Source: Macrostomum lignano
Lineage: Eukaryota
Direction: 5' to 3'
Length of the DNA stretch: 41,795 bases
NCBI GenBank assembly: GCA_002269645.1
Contig: NIVC01004567.1
Location: 1-41,795 of the forward strand
The notes under the pieces were generated by a model that saw nothing but the letters and a program-made list of their open reading frames with translations, made no database searches and had not been told where the DNA came from. Shown here piece by piece: positions 1 through 11,300 of this stretch (its first letter is position 1; each line of letters opens with the position of its first letter). A program made the position numbers and the translations under genes.

Positions 1-1989
1 AGGAGAGTTCGTCGCCGCGTCTCAAGAGAGTTCGTCGACGCTCTCAAGAGAAGGTCAAGAAAGAAGCAGATCAGGAGGCGATGATCAGCTTCCTCGTTGA
101 TAGACTAAGTGTGGTGATAGAATTTCTCTCTCCCTCAAATGACGAGGATTATGGGCTTTGGAAAATAAATATGGCTATTTAATTATCAAAACATCTTGCC
201 ACGCAAAAACAACTCAAATCAGCAAGAAGGATTTGTCACCCGATGTTTTGCTTCCAAAACAAATAACGGAGGTATTAACTGGAGTTAAGTCAATTGGGCC
301 AAGAATATGAGCTAACTTATCGACTGAGAGAAGCGCGCATCAATAAAATTTGCACAAAACTATGGTTAAGATTGGTGACAGTTTCAACAAGCCTCCAACT
401 TTTGAATTTAGCTTTGTTCCACCGACACGACTACTGATGAGCATATCAAGAGCATATCTTCTAAAAAACTATTTAATTACTTCTAATTAACATAATAACC
501 GTTTGATTTGTTGAATTCGCCTCTTTCGCATCTCTAGTTCGATTCCATTTTAAGCCTCGTGATGAGTATATGGGCAATGTAGTCAGGCATTGCTGCAGTG
601 CCTGCTGCAATGGCAGCTGTAAAGAGCGGAAAACAGACAGGCTGGTACAGGATAATACAGAATATTTCAGACGTGAACTTGCTCCAACTTTATGCACGTG
701 TCATATTGCGCAGGTGAAGTCTAGCTAAGATGCAGTTATTGGGCTTTTTGGTATATTAGTCCTCAACTCAGTGCTTCCAAGGCCTTTACGACATGCTCTC
801 GAGCTGCTATGCCTTTTTGTGTCTTCGATGACTGAAAGTTCAAAACCGCAGCTTCAATGAAGCTCCCCCTCAAGGAAGATCTCCAATCACCATCTCCAAT
901 GAAGACCCTGAAGGTAACAGGGGCCTCCGGAGCAGCTTGAGTCAGCTGGGTCATCGATGGCTGAATGCAAAAGCAAAGGAGCATCTCAGTTGTGGAAACA
1001 GAGAGAGAGGCGTATACGAATTCATTAACGAAGTTTAAACCCGATTGAAAAGTTCTATGGTTTGGTTTCGATCAGTTGTTTCACACCTGACGACTCAATT
1101 TTTGCTGACCGTCGCAGAATTTTCTCCCAGCGACCCTGCCGGGAGCCTGAGGGCTCCCTCCCTGCTCAGCACGCGACTCTCTGCTCCGCATGAAGCCGCC
1201 CCGAGCCGAGAGCAGCGCGGCTGACGGCCCTTGGCCAGTTGGCGCCCCAATCAACAACCTCCCCAAATCGAAGCCTTGGGATCCATTTTTCCCTTTCTCG
1301 CTCCTCGCTTTGGCGAAAAAAACTTTTTTCCACCGCAGCCGTCTTTCAGTCTTCACCTTCTGCTGCTCACGGGGGCGAACAGCAACTGTTCAGCATCGAT
1401 TTTTGAGCAGCGTCAACAGCCTCGAGGAACCTTCCTGCCCCGGCCGCAGCTGCAGCTCCTGTCGGGAATTTTTTGCAGGGAAAAAGCTGAATTTTTGCAA
1501 CGCTTAGCGAATTATTTTTGCTGGGATCTTTTTCAATCTTTTTCTGTTCAATTATAGCCAGGAGAAACTGAAAGCGGAGATGAGCTTTGTCAAAGCTCTG
1601 ACTTTCATTTGACTTGACTCAAAGTTCGAGCAAATACTCACAACTGCTTTGTTTAAATTGCTATTTCAGTATTTTAAACAAGCAAGCATAGCCAAGTTAA
1701 ACATAGTCTGGACAGTGACAACTAGCGGGACGCTTCACTGAATCTCGCCTTGATGCTTGGCTTTTTTTGGTCCTTCCTCCTTCCTTATAAATATTTTATA
1801 ACATAAGCGAAAGGGCTTTATCACAAAGACAGGCAAATAAAAAGTTTTCTTATTATTTAAGCAGTTTTATGTTTTTAGTTTCCCGCGTGTTATCAGTGAG
1901 AACTGACATCTTCTCACAGTCAGAGCATTCGAATTTTAAATTTATTCTCCAAGGTTGATTCAAATTTTTGTCAAGCCAATGCTACCAAC

Positions 1990-2645
1990 AAAGCTACTGA
2001 GCTAGCTGCTGAGCTACTGAGCTACTGAGCTAGCTACTGAGCTACTGAGCTAGCTACTGAGCTACTGAGCTACTGAGCTAGCTATTGAGCTACTGAGCTA
2101 GCTACTGAGCTACTGAGCTAGCTACTGAGCTACTGAGCTACTGAGCTAGCTACTGAGCTACTGAGCTAGCTACTGAGCTACTGAGCTACTTAGCTACTGA
2201 GCTAGCTACTGAGCTACTGAGCTACTTAGCTACTGAGCTAGCTACTGAGCTACTGAGATACTGAGCTACTGAGCTAGCTACTTAGCTACTGAGCTAGCTA
2301 CTGAGCTACTGAGATACTGAGCTACTGAGCTAGCTACTGAGCTACCGCGGCACACACTCACACAGGAGTGTACTGCGGCCCAAACTTTATATTATCGTTA
2401 GGCATGTACACTTCACTGCGCCTTGGGGGTTGGCTCTCAAGGCCGTTAATTGCACGAGCAGAGCCAAGCCGAGATTCCAATTCAGCCCCAAATTAATGTG
2501 ACTGCACTTGGAATCGAGCCTGGGTCGCTGGCACACCAGAGCAGCTGCGCTACCGCTGGGCTACGGCCCCCCTGACTACTGAGCTACTGAGCTAGCTACT
2601 GAGCTACTGAGCTACTGAGCTACTGAGCTGCTGAGCTAGCTACTG
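1990..2645. repeat. (GAGCTACT)n / (GAGCTAGCTACT)n satellite, split by a SINE
   Basis: Directly visible 8/12-bp units at ~1990-2345 and ~2574-2645. Confidence 0.95.
2346..2573 (-). mobile_element. tRNA-derived SINE (~230 bp)
   Basis: The minus strand starts AGGGGGCCG-TAGCCCAGCGG (Pol III A box, 2563-2553) and has GGCTCGATTCC (B box, 2520-2510) at tRNA-like spacing, followed by a non-tRNA body. Confidence 0.75.
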
Positions 2646-2945
2646 TCGATTAGTGCTAAAAAGCGGAATACTGCTAGTGCAGCGTCATTCTACTTGAGTT
2701 GGCCACGAGTCTGGGCTGAGAGCCCACTCAGAACCACTGTGATGTAAATGCTTTCAGAGCGATTGGAAGAGCTCGAGAGTTGCAGGTTTAGTGATCGTTG
2801 AGTTCTGAACAAGAATCATTTACTACCATCGGATATTCATTGAAGCGATTGGTTAATTCACCTCATGATTTCTGAGCCTAATTATTTTAAGCCTAATCTG
2901 AGCCTTAGGTGCTGATAAGCGACAATCAGAAATTTTATGTAACAT

Positions 2946-3450
2946 CAGTGGCGTACGTGACAGGAGCTCAACTTTGGCCACCTCTGGGACGAAGCAGCTA
3001 CTGGCTTGAGACAGGTCGAAACGCCGACCAAGAGCCAGAGGCGCCCAACAAGAGTCAGGGCCGCCGACCAAGAGCCAGGGCCGCCGACCAAGAGCCTGGG
3101 CCACCCACCAAGAGCCAGAGGCGCCCACCAAGAGCCAGAGGCGCCCACCAAGAGCCAGAGGTGCCCACCAAGAGCCAGAGGCGCCCACCAAGAGCCAGAG
3201 GTGCCCACCAAGAGCCAGAGGTGCCCACCAAGAGACAGAGGCGCCCACCAAGAGCCAGAGGCGCCCACCAAGAGCCAGAGGCGCCCACCAAGAGCCAGAG
3301 GCGACCACCAAGAGCCAGAGGCGCCCACAAAGAGCCAGAGGCGCCCACCAAGAGACAGAGGCGACCACCAAGAGCCAGGGGCGCCCACCAAGAGACAGCA
3401 GATATTTGCGCCCCTTGGGCCGGGGTTGCGGCCCCTTTAATACGCCACTG
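2946..3450. mobile_element. Non-autonomous DNA transposon (MITE) carrying an internal 21-bp minisatellite
   Basis: Perfect 10-bp terminal inverted repeats CAGTGGCGTA (2946-2955) and TACGCCACTG (3441-3450). The termini resemble hAT/Tip100-type ends. No TSD was found. Confidence 0.7.
3022..3397. repeat. 21-bp minisatellite (CCAAGAGCCAGAGGCGCCCAC)n, ~17 copies
   Basis: Directly visible; accounts for the repetitive ORFs at 2853-3518. Confidence 0.95.
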
Positions 3451-3985
3451 ACGCACAGTCGTGCACGGTTAAAGATGGTGTTGCATGGCGAAGTCGCCAC
3501 CTGGTCTGTAATCTGCATGCAGGGACCGCTGGTAGCGACGTGAGGACAAGACAGTAGGTTTCTTGGAAAATGTCCCTAAAGTCTCAGATTGCCAGGAGAG
3601 CACACATGACTAATTTAGATCTGATAGCGACTAAACTATTTTTTTTTACATCCAGTCTGCCCTGTTGCTAAGTGTATTTCTTTCAATTCTTTATTTGTGA
3701 GGAGATTGATTTCATATTATTATTATATTTTCTGTTATGTAAAGCTTAAATATTTTTTGTTTAAATGCCTTTGACCTTCTCCTCTTATCAAGCTCAGCTA
3801 AGGCATTGGATTGATATGCATGTCTACATGTGCGTCATCGACTCCACACACCTGCACACCATTGGATTTGGACAAAGCTGATTTTGTCCGGGTAACCACG
3901 TGCGTTCGCTTTACATAGGTTTTACATACCTGAATTTCCACATGGACAAACAGATTCAGTTTTCATTGACTGGCTGAAGCCAGAA

Positions 3986-4556
3986 CGCCTATCACAACCC
4001 GAGCGCCTATCACAACCCGAGCGCCTATCACAACCAGATCGCCTATCACAACCAGATCGCCTATCACTACCCGAGCGCCTATCACAACCAGAATGCCTAT
4101 CACAACCAGATCGCCTATCACAACCAGATCGCCTATCACTACCCGAGCGCCTATCACAACCAGATCGCCTATCACAACCCGAGCGCCTATCACAACAAGA
4201 ACGCCTATCACAATCAGATCGCCTATCACAACCAGATCGCCTATCACTACCCGAGCGCCTATCACAACCAGATCGCCTATCACAACCCGAGCGCCTATCA
4301 CAACAAGAACGCCTATCACTACCCGAGCGCCTATCACAACCAGATCGCCTATCACAACCAGATCGCCTATCACAACAAGAACGCCTATCACAACCAGATC
4401 GCCTATCACAACCAGATCGCCTATCACAACAAGAACGCCTATCACAACCAGATCGCCTATCACAACCCGAGCGCCTATCACAACCCGAGCGCCTATCACA
4501 ACCAGAGCGCCTATCACAACCCCAGCGCCTATCACAACCCGAGCGCCTATCACAAC
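3986..4556. repeat. 18-bp minisatellite (CGCCTATCACAACCAGAT/CCGAG)n, ~31 copies
   Basis: Directly visible; no unit changes length. Confidence 0.95.
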
Positions 4557-4971
4557 TAAGACCATTGTCAAGCACCTGCCTCTCCCACAAGACTGTACGT
4601 ACCGAAATTACCATCTGAGGATGTAAGAAGTTCATTTCCGCCAACACGAATGCTTAAAACAATATTGATGCGAAATAATTGACCTGATTTATCCATAGTA
4701 AGCATATACGAGTTGATAGCTTATTCAACTTGACTGCTCTTCAATTTGAAAATAATGAAAATAGTATGAACTAATATACTTTTATTACCCTCACAAATAA
4801 AACTATGTACTTTACCATGTACTTTACAAGTGACAATTCGATAAAAGAAAATTTTCTTTGATCTGTAGCGTAATTTTCGAAAAGCCTTTAGAAAAAAGTC
4901 GAAATGCCATGGCTAAAAAAATTAATGACTGTCCAAATTAATTTTAGCGGTCATTTTGGTTACAGCAGCTC

Positions 4972-5472
4972 ATCTACCCGGGCGGTCTGGTTCCCGGCAT
5001 CCGTCAGGATCTCTTTGCTTTGCTTGCTTTTCGTTCTGTGAGGGCAGTTCTGCAGTCCGAGGCCCTACCTGACCACCAGAGGGTGGCACTGTTTCAGGTA
5101 GTGCTCGAGACCCTCCTGCTGTGCAACACCGAGACCTGGACGCTGACAGACTCACTTGAGCAGCTGCGCATCGCCTTCAAGATCGGCGACGAGCGAGTCA
5201 CCAATGCGACACAGCATCGCCGCGCCGGCCGTGTCCGTCCAAGCCGCCTGTTGCGCCGTCAGCGACTCCAGCTGGCAGGCCACATCATCCGCGCCGAGTC
5301 GCACTGCCCGCAGCCGGTGCAGGAGGTGCTGCTGACGCTGCAGGCACCCTACTGGCAGGGACAGGCGCGGACTCGGCATTTCGTCGACTGCCTGCTGGCT
5401 GATGCCGGCGCCCCGGATTCGGTCGGCGGCGCGGCCTTCTTTCGCGAACCGGCTCAGAAGCGCGCCCTGTGA
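4972..5472 (+). mobile_element. 5'-truncated RTE-clade non-LTR retrotransposon fragment (C-terminus of the RT ORF)
   Basis: IYPGGLV...DL...LAFRSV...LFQVVLETLLLCNTETWTL...VTN...RRQRLQLAGHIIR matches the post-RT C-terminal motifs of RTE LINEs (YLGS..DI..R; LLYG.E.W.L; RL.W.GH..R). Confidence 0.75.
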
Positions 5473-5534
5473 CGCTGACTTCTAAAGACCCTGGCAGAGT
5501 ATTTTGTTTTTTGTAAGGGGGGGGGGGCGCCAGT

Positions 5535-6070
5535 ATTTGGTGTCTTGGCGTCCCTTGTGTCTTGGTTGGCGCCCTGTGTCTTGGTTGGCGCCCTGTGTCT
5601 TGACTGGCGTCCCTGTGTCTTGATTGGCGTTCCTGTGTCTTGATTGTCGTCCCTGTGTCTTGGTTGGCGCCCTGTGTCTTGATTGGCGTTCCTGTGTCTT
5701 GGTTGGCGCCCTTGTGTCTTGGTTGGCGCCCTGTGTCTTGGTTGGCGCCCTGTGTCTTGACTGGCATCCCTGTGTCTTGATTGGCGTTCCTGTGTCTTGA
5801 TTGGCGTCCCTGTGTCTTGACTGGCGTCCCTGTGTCTTGATTGGTGCCCCTGTGTCTTGATTGGCGTCCCTGTGTCTTGACTGGCGTCCCTGTGTCTTGG
5901 TTGGCGCCCTGTGTCTTGGTTGGCGTCCCTGTGTCTTGACTGGCGTCCCTGTGTCTTGATTGGCGTCCCTGTGTCTTGATTGGTGCCCCTGTGTCTTGAT
6001 TGGCGTCCCTGTGTCTTGACTGGCGTCCCTGTGTCTTGGTTGGCGCCCTGTGTCTTGGTTGGCGTCCCTG
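5535..6070. repeat. 19/20-bp minisatellite (CCCTGTGTCTTGATTGGCGT)n, ~27 copies
   Basis: Directly visible; accounts for ORFs 5285-6119. Confidence 0.95.
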
Positions 6071-6918
6071 CCGCCCCCTGTCTCTTGGGCCGTTGAATGC
6101 CCCGTCCAAGATGTGACAAACCGTTCGCGACTGCTTCGGTAGTAAGAGCTAACTGACTTAAGAATTTGATTGTTAGATAATGAATAAGAAAAAAGGGAAT
6201 ATTTTTATTATCATCTGAGCCACATGTTTATACCCTTAGGTTACTTACCGGTACAAGGTCATCGACGCTAAAAAGTTCATGAAATACTGGCGACCAAACG
6301 GTTACGCTCGAGCAAATACGTAAATTGGGCCGATGGACAGAATAAAATTTTTAAAAACACAACACGCGATCAAATTCCTGTGCAGTATCAAATTACGAGC
6401 GTAGGATGAAATCTTTCCAACTTTCTCCGGATTTCAGAGCCTTAAAATGAGAGTGCGTATTGGCATTTTTCTTTTTTTGTGAGCACAGAAACAGCTCAGA
6501 CATTCAATCTTGATATACGAGCTGCCACTTGGTTTCAATCGCAGTGGATTCCCCAGAAGTCTGAGGCCTGGACCATTGCATCCCCATTTCCCACAGCTTG
6601 CAAAGTCGGATGTTAAGTCCCAAACAGCTCAGGTAGCCTAGCAAAGTATTTTGTTTCAAAGCTAGTCAAAGCTAGTCAAAGCTAGGGCATGAGAAAATCA
6701 GGATGCTATATTAATTTTTTATTCTGCGTACATTTCCTGTACCTAAAAATCATAGAAACGCATGGCACAGTTTGACTCACTGGTTTTTATGAACCTATTT
6801 TATCATCTCTGTTACACATATTGTTACACAGTCAGCTAAGAATGATAGAATAGATTCATAACACCAATGAGCTGAGCCGTGCCATTTTAATGGTTTTTAA
6901 GCACAGGAGACATGCAAT

Positions 6919-7258
6919 CATGGATGAATGAATAGAATGGATTGCTATTCTGGCTCTGACTATTTTCGTTTTTGACTCTTTTGCATCCGGTTCCCCCCCG
7001 TGCCTTTTCATTGGTTGATGATTGCCATAGACAATTGTCAGTTACTTGCAGAGAATATCGAGCGCTCGTAGGTCTTCCCCCTTTATTTCAAAACACGAGC
7101 GAAAGCGCTTGTGCATCGAAAGAAAGGGGCGAAGGCCGAAAATTGTCTATGGCAATCATCAACCAATGAAAAGGCACGGGGGGGAACCAGATGCAAAAGA
7201 GTCAAAAACGAAAATAGCCAGAGCCAGAATAGCAATCCATTCTATTCATTCATCCATG
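6919..7258. mobile_element. Hairpin MITE with 118-bp terminal inverted repeats and an 8-bp target-site duplication
   Basis: 6919-7036 is the reverse complement of 7141-7258, with 2 mismatches by eye and a 104-bp spacer. CATGCAAT flanks both ends (6911-6918 and 7259-7266). Confidence 0.9.
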
Positions 7259-8183
7259 CATGCAATTTGTACGTAGAATAAACATTTAACATAGAAGAAT
7301 CCTAATTTTCTGAACGAAAAGCTTTATGAATGTCAATAGAGCTATAAGAAAGGCACAACATATCAAAAGATGAGAATTGGGTCTGTCTCCTATCGAAAGA
7401 AATAACAATTTTAATATGAACAACGTGAAGAAAAGTTCCAATCTCCGTAGTGTATTTTTTCGGCGAAAACCATGCAGCTCCTTAACTTTTTCTAAGAAAC
7501 ATAATTTCCCGTCCTTCTACTTTAGTTGTCCTTGACTTAACTTGACTTAGCTGCAGGGCGGTCCGAAGACGCAGCGGGGAGGCGAGCGTCGCCCATTCCG
7601 CTAGCCCTGAAGTTGTCCCAGCTAATGTTGCGTTCAAGTAGGATTTGAGCAAAAGCAGACTTCTCGAAAAAAGAAACAGGCTCTCAAAAGTGACGCCTCG
7701 CCATGGTTTCGAGCGCTTCAGAGGCGCTGATCTGTGGAGGTGGGGTGGGTCAAAGAAATTTGCAAGCAGAAGCAATTTCGACAAAAAATGCTGAGCGGAC
7801 AGATTATTCAAGTGGGATCTCTGCCGCCCTGGCAACTGCTGCTGCGGCGGCCCGCTGCACTGCCTGCCAACTGAAGACTCGCTGTGGCGAGGATGAGAGG
7901 GGTGGGAGCCCAGTGCCAGTGTTTGGACAGCGAATGCGTCTCCCAGTCACCCAGACCCCCGCGCGAGGCGAAGCCGTGGGTGGGGGGGGACTGCAGCTCT
8001 TCGGCAACATGTGGAACTCGGGGCTCTCAAGAGCTGCGCCGTCGCCCCGCTATCCACCTGTGGATCAACTGCTGCCCCCACCCTCCTCGGACACCCCGGC
8101 TTCTACAAGCTGATAAATTCGGGCCCCTTCCACGCTTGCTGTGTGGATCCAACTCTTTCCTGAGCGACACTGCTGACGTATCG

Positions 8184-8272
8184 GTAAGTTTCAATGCTTT
8201 CACTGGAAGCATAACTCTGTCTCCTGAGTTCCCTTTGCTTGAGTCATGCCAAGTTTTTCCGTTGCTTTGCAG
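8184..8272 (+). other. Probable 5'-UTR intron of the giant gene
   Basis: TCG|GTAAGT donor at 8184 and a pyrimidine-rich TTGCTTTGCAG| acceptor ending 8 nt before the ATG. The 89-nt length matches the other introns. Reading the upstream 7884 ORF through this junction hits a stop, so the upstream exon is probably non-coding. Confidence 0.6.
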
Positions 8273-8280
8273 ACAACAAG

Positions 8281-8357
8281 ATGCGTCTCACAGTGCTGTT
8301 TCTTCTTTCTGTTTGTCTTTTTCTTGCGCTAACCAGCGACGTTGGAGAGTCCTGGGG
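8281..8357 (+). CDS. First coding exon: signal peptide MRLTVLFLLSVCLFLALTSDVGES-WG
   Basis: ATG at 8281 (aagATG). Basic n-region, hydrophobic core, small-residue c-region. The GG|GTGAGT donor (phase 2) joins the TTTCAG|A acceptor at 8479 to give WG-CGWACKR in the frame of the 585-aa ORF. Confidence 0.88.
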
Positions 8358-11300
8358 GTGAGTTTGAGTCATATTTTTGTCTTCGAATCATTCCTGCCCT
8401 TATTTTTAACAGCAAGCTTTTTCAATTAGCGTTGAAGGTGCTGAACAATCCTAACGCCTTTTTTCCACTCGCTTTCAGATGCGGATGGGCGTGCAAACGC
8501 ATGCGTCGCATCCGAGCGAGAGCCGCCAGGCTGAGGCGGCTGGCGATTCAGAGGGCCAGGGCCCTCAGGCGCCGCATCTTGCTGGCTCGGCGGAGAGCAG
8601 CCAGAGCTGCGGCAAGAGCGCGGGCCAGAGCCAGAGCTTGGGCTCGAGCCAGGGCCAGAGCTGCGGCTAGAGCCAGGGCCAGAGCCAGAGCCATTGCTAG
8701 AGCCAGGGCTAGAGCTTTAGCCAAACGGTTGGCAAGAGCCCGCGCAAGAGCTCGCGCAATTGCCAGAGCCAGAGCTAGAGCTTTGGCCAGACGTGTGGCA
8801 AGAGCACGCGCAAGAGCTCGCGCAATCGCCAGAGCCAAGGCTAAAGCTTTGGCCAGACGTGTGGCAAGAGCACGCGCAAGAGCTAGAGCCAAGGCTAGGG
8901 CTTTGGCCAGAGCAGCGGCTAGAGCAGCGGCCAGAGCAAGGGCCAGAGCTAAAGCTCGTGCCCGGGCCATCGCCAGGCGGTTGGCAAAAGCACGAGCCAG
9001 AGCTAGAGCAATCGCTAGAGCCAGGGCCAGAGCTTTGGCCAGACGTTTGGCAAGAGCTCGCGCAAGAGCTCGTGCAATCGCCAGAGCCAGGGCTAGGGCT
9101 TTGGCCAAGGCAGCGGCGAGAGCAAGGGCCAGAGCCAGAGCTCGTGCCCGGGCCGTCGCCAGAGCCTTGGCACGTGCTAAAGCTAGAGCCCGGGCTAAGG
9201 CAAGAGCTGTGGCTAGAGCATTGGCTAGAGCAAGAGCCAGAACGAGAGCACTGGCCCGAGCAAAAGCCAGAGCCCTGGCCAGGGCAGTGGCCAGAGCCAA
9301 AGCTAGAGCAAGAGCCAGAGCTAAAGCATTGGCCAGAGCCAAAGCCCTAATTCGTGCCCGAGCCCGATCTTTGGCGGCGGCGGCGGCGAGAGTAAAAGCA
9401 AGAGCCACAGCCCGAGCGAGAGCCTGGGCCAGGAGACGAGCTCTAGCCCTGAAGCGAGCCAAAGCCACAGCGAGACGAAGAGCCAGAGCTCTGGCCAGGG
9501 CCGTCGCTAAAGCAAGTAGAAGAGCAAAAGCTTTAGCTAGAGCCAAGGCTAGAAGAGTGGCCAGAGCGGCGGCAAGAGCGGCGAAGAAGATTCGAGACTG
9601 GTTCCGAAGGCGGGCCAAGCGCGGAAGAATCATCAAGAGATCAATCTACCGTCGTGTGAAGCGGCTCAAAACCCGTTTTGTCAAGTTCGTCAAGCGTCTG
9701 TTCCGCAAATGCCCACGAGGATACAAGAAGCGTGGAAATCGTTGCTACCGCCTTTACTGCCCGAAGCCGTACGTCCGCCGAGGCGCCCGGTGCGTTCGCT
9801 ACTACCGAATCTACAAGCCCCGAAAATGGTGCCCCAAAGGTTTCCGTCGAAGAGGCAGCCGGTGCATCAAGCGCATGCGCATCATCTGCGCAGCTGGCTA
9901 TCGAGTTTACCGCGGCAGATGTCACCTGGTCCGGTGCCGTCGTGGATTCATCAAGATCGGTAGAAGCTGCCGCCGCAGCTGCAAGCCCGGATTCCGACTC
10001 CGTGGCCGTTTTTGCGTTCGCTATCGCTTCCGATGCCCCAAGAACTTTTATTACCATCGAAGGCGCTGCGTCCGATTCCGCCGAGGATCGACAAGGTAAT
10101 TTTTGAAACTGCGAGTAGCATAGCATTTGAAATTGTTGCAATGCAAACCTAAGATGCGCGTGCAATTTTTTACTGTAGATGCCCGAGAGGATACCGCAGG
10201 AGAGGCAGAAAGTGCTTGCGCACCGTTCGATCGTGCCCGCTTAACTACCGCCGCCGAGGCAGGCGGTGTGTCAAGCGCTGTGCAAGCGGCCGGGTGCCTC
10301 GGCGCATTCGCCGCGGAGTGATCAGGTGCGTTGTCGTCACGTCCAAGTGCCCACTCGGTTACAGTCTGCGACGCGTGCGACGCGGAAGGCGCTACAGGTA
10401 CTTTCCTTTAGTAGCAAATGTGAATACAAGATACTTTAAGAACAAAATAAATACTAAGTATTACATCTGCTTCAGGTTCCGCTGCGTCATCAATGCTGGA
10501 AGATGTGCACGTGGATTCAGACGAGTCAAGCGATACAGACGTGGCTTTTCTTGCGTTCGCATTGTCTGCCCGAGACACTACAGGAAACGCGGATCTCGAT
10601 GCGTCTACCGACCACCCAAGGGTGGCAGCCGAAGATGTCCGGCAGGTTACAAAAAGGTGCGAGGCGTCTGCAAGAAGCTGAACTGCCCGGCCGGCTACGT
10701 GCGCAGGGGATCGCGCTGTGTGCACACCAGGTGCCCCCGTTTCTACCGCCGAGTGGGCAGATTCTGTGCCCGGATACGCTTTGTTGGCAAATGCCCAAGA
10801 GGCTGGCGCAGGACTGGCCGTCTCTGCCGCAGACGTGTGTGCCCGAGCGGCTTCAAGAAAGTTGGTCGCTACTGCATGCGTAAGTCCTTAACATAAATTG
10901 CAGTTCTCACTAAAGATGCAGTCACTTGAGCACTGGGTAATGCAGATAACCCACAACGCTTTAGCGATTTGAATCAAATAGAAATAGAATTGCGGCTTGC
11001 GATTTGCGGATATTTTATCCGACCGAACCAATTTTTCAATAAATATTTACAGGAAAATCCTGTCCATCTGGATTTGTCCGACGTGGTCGGGCTTGCTACA
11101 GAGGTGAGTTGATCCAAGCTCCTAATTGATGAATGATTCTCAGTTTTTCGAGTAAAGCGCGCAGCGACAGTTATTAAATATTGTTTTAATATTAAAATTT
11201 TAGCCCGATGCGCTCGCGGCTTCAAAAAGATGGGAAGCGTGTGCATCAGTGAGTGACTGACGGTTTTGATTTAAGTTTTAGTTTTGAACCAGTGTACAGA

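Noticed and set aside
2853-6119. ORFs of 130-270 aa over the 21-bp and 19/20-bp arrays
   Set aside because: Products of stop-free tandem repeats open in several frames on both strands. The 19/20-bp array changes unit length, which breaks any single repeat frame.
7884-8183. ORF with a thrombospondin-like look (PWVGGDCSSSATCGTRGSQELRRR)
   Set aside because: The TSP1 match is partial, there is no good start or acceptor, and splicing from the 8184 donor into the signal-peptide exon in this frame hits a stop. Treated as 5' UTR or upstream sequence.
8479-10165. Long alternative-frame and antisense ORFs over exon 2 (poly-LA 8548-9636 minus, PEPEL-rich 8760-9350, 9641-10165 minus, 9678-10106)
   Set aside because: Shadows of the repetitive Arg/Ala codons. 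Only the Arg-rich frame joins the signal peptide and the downstream exons with correct splice phase.
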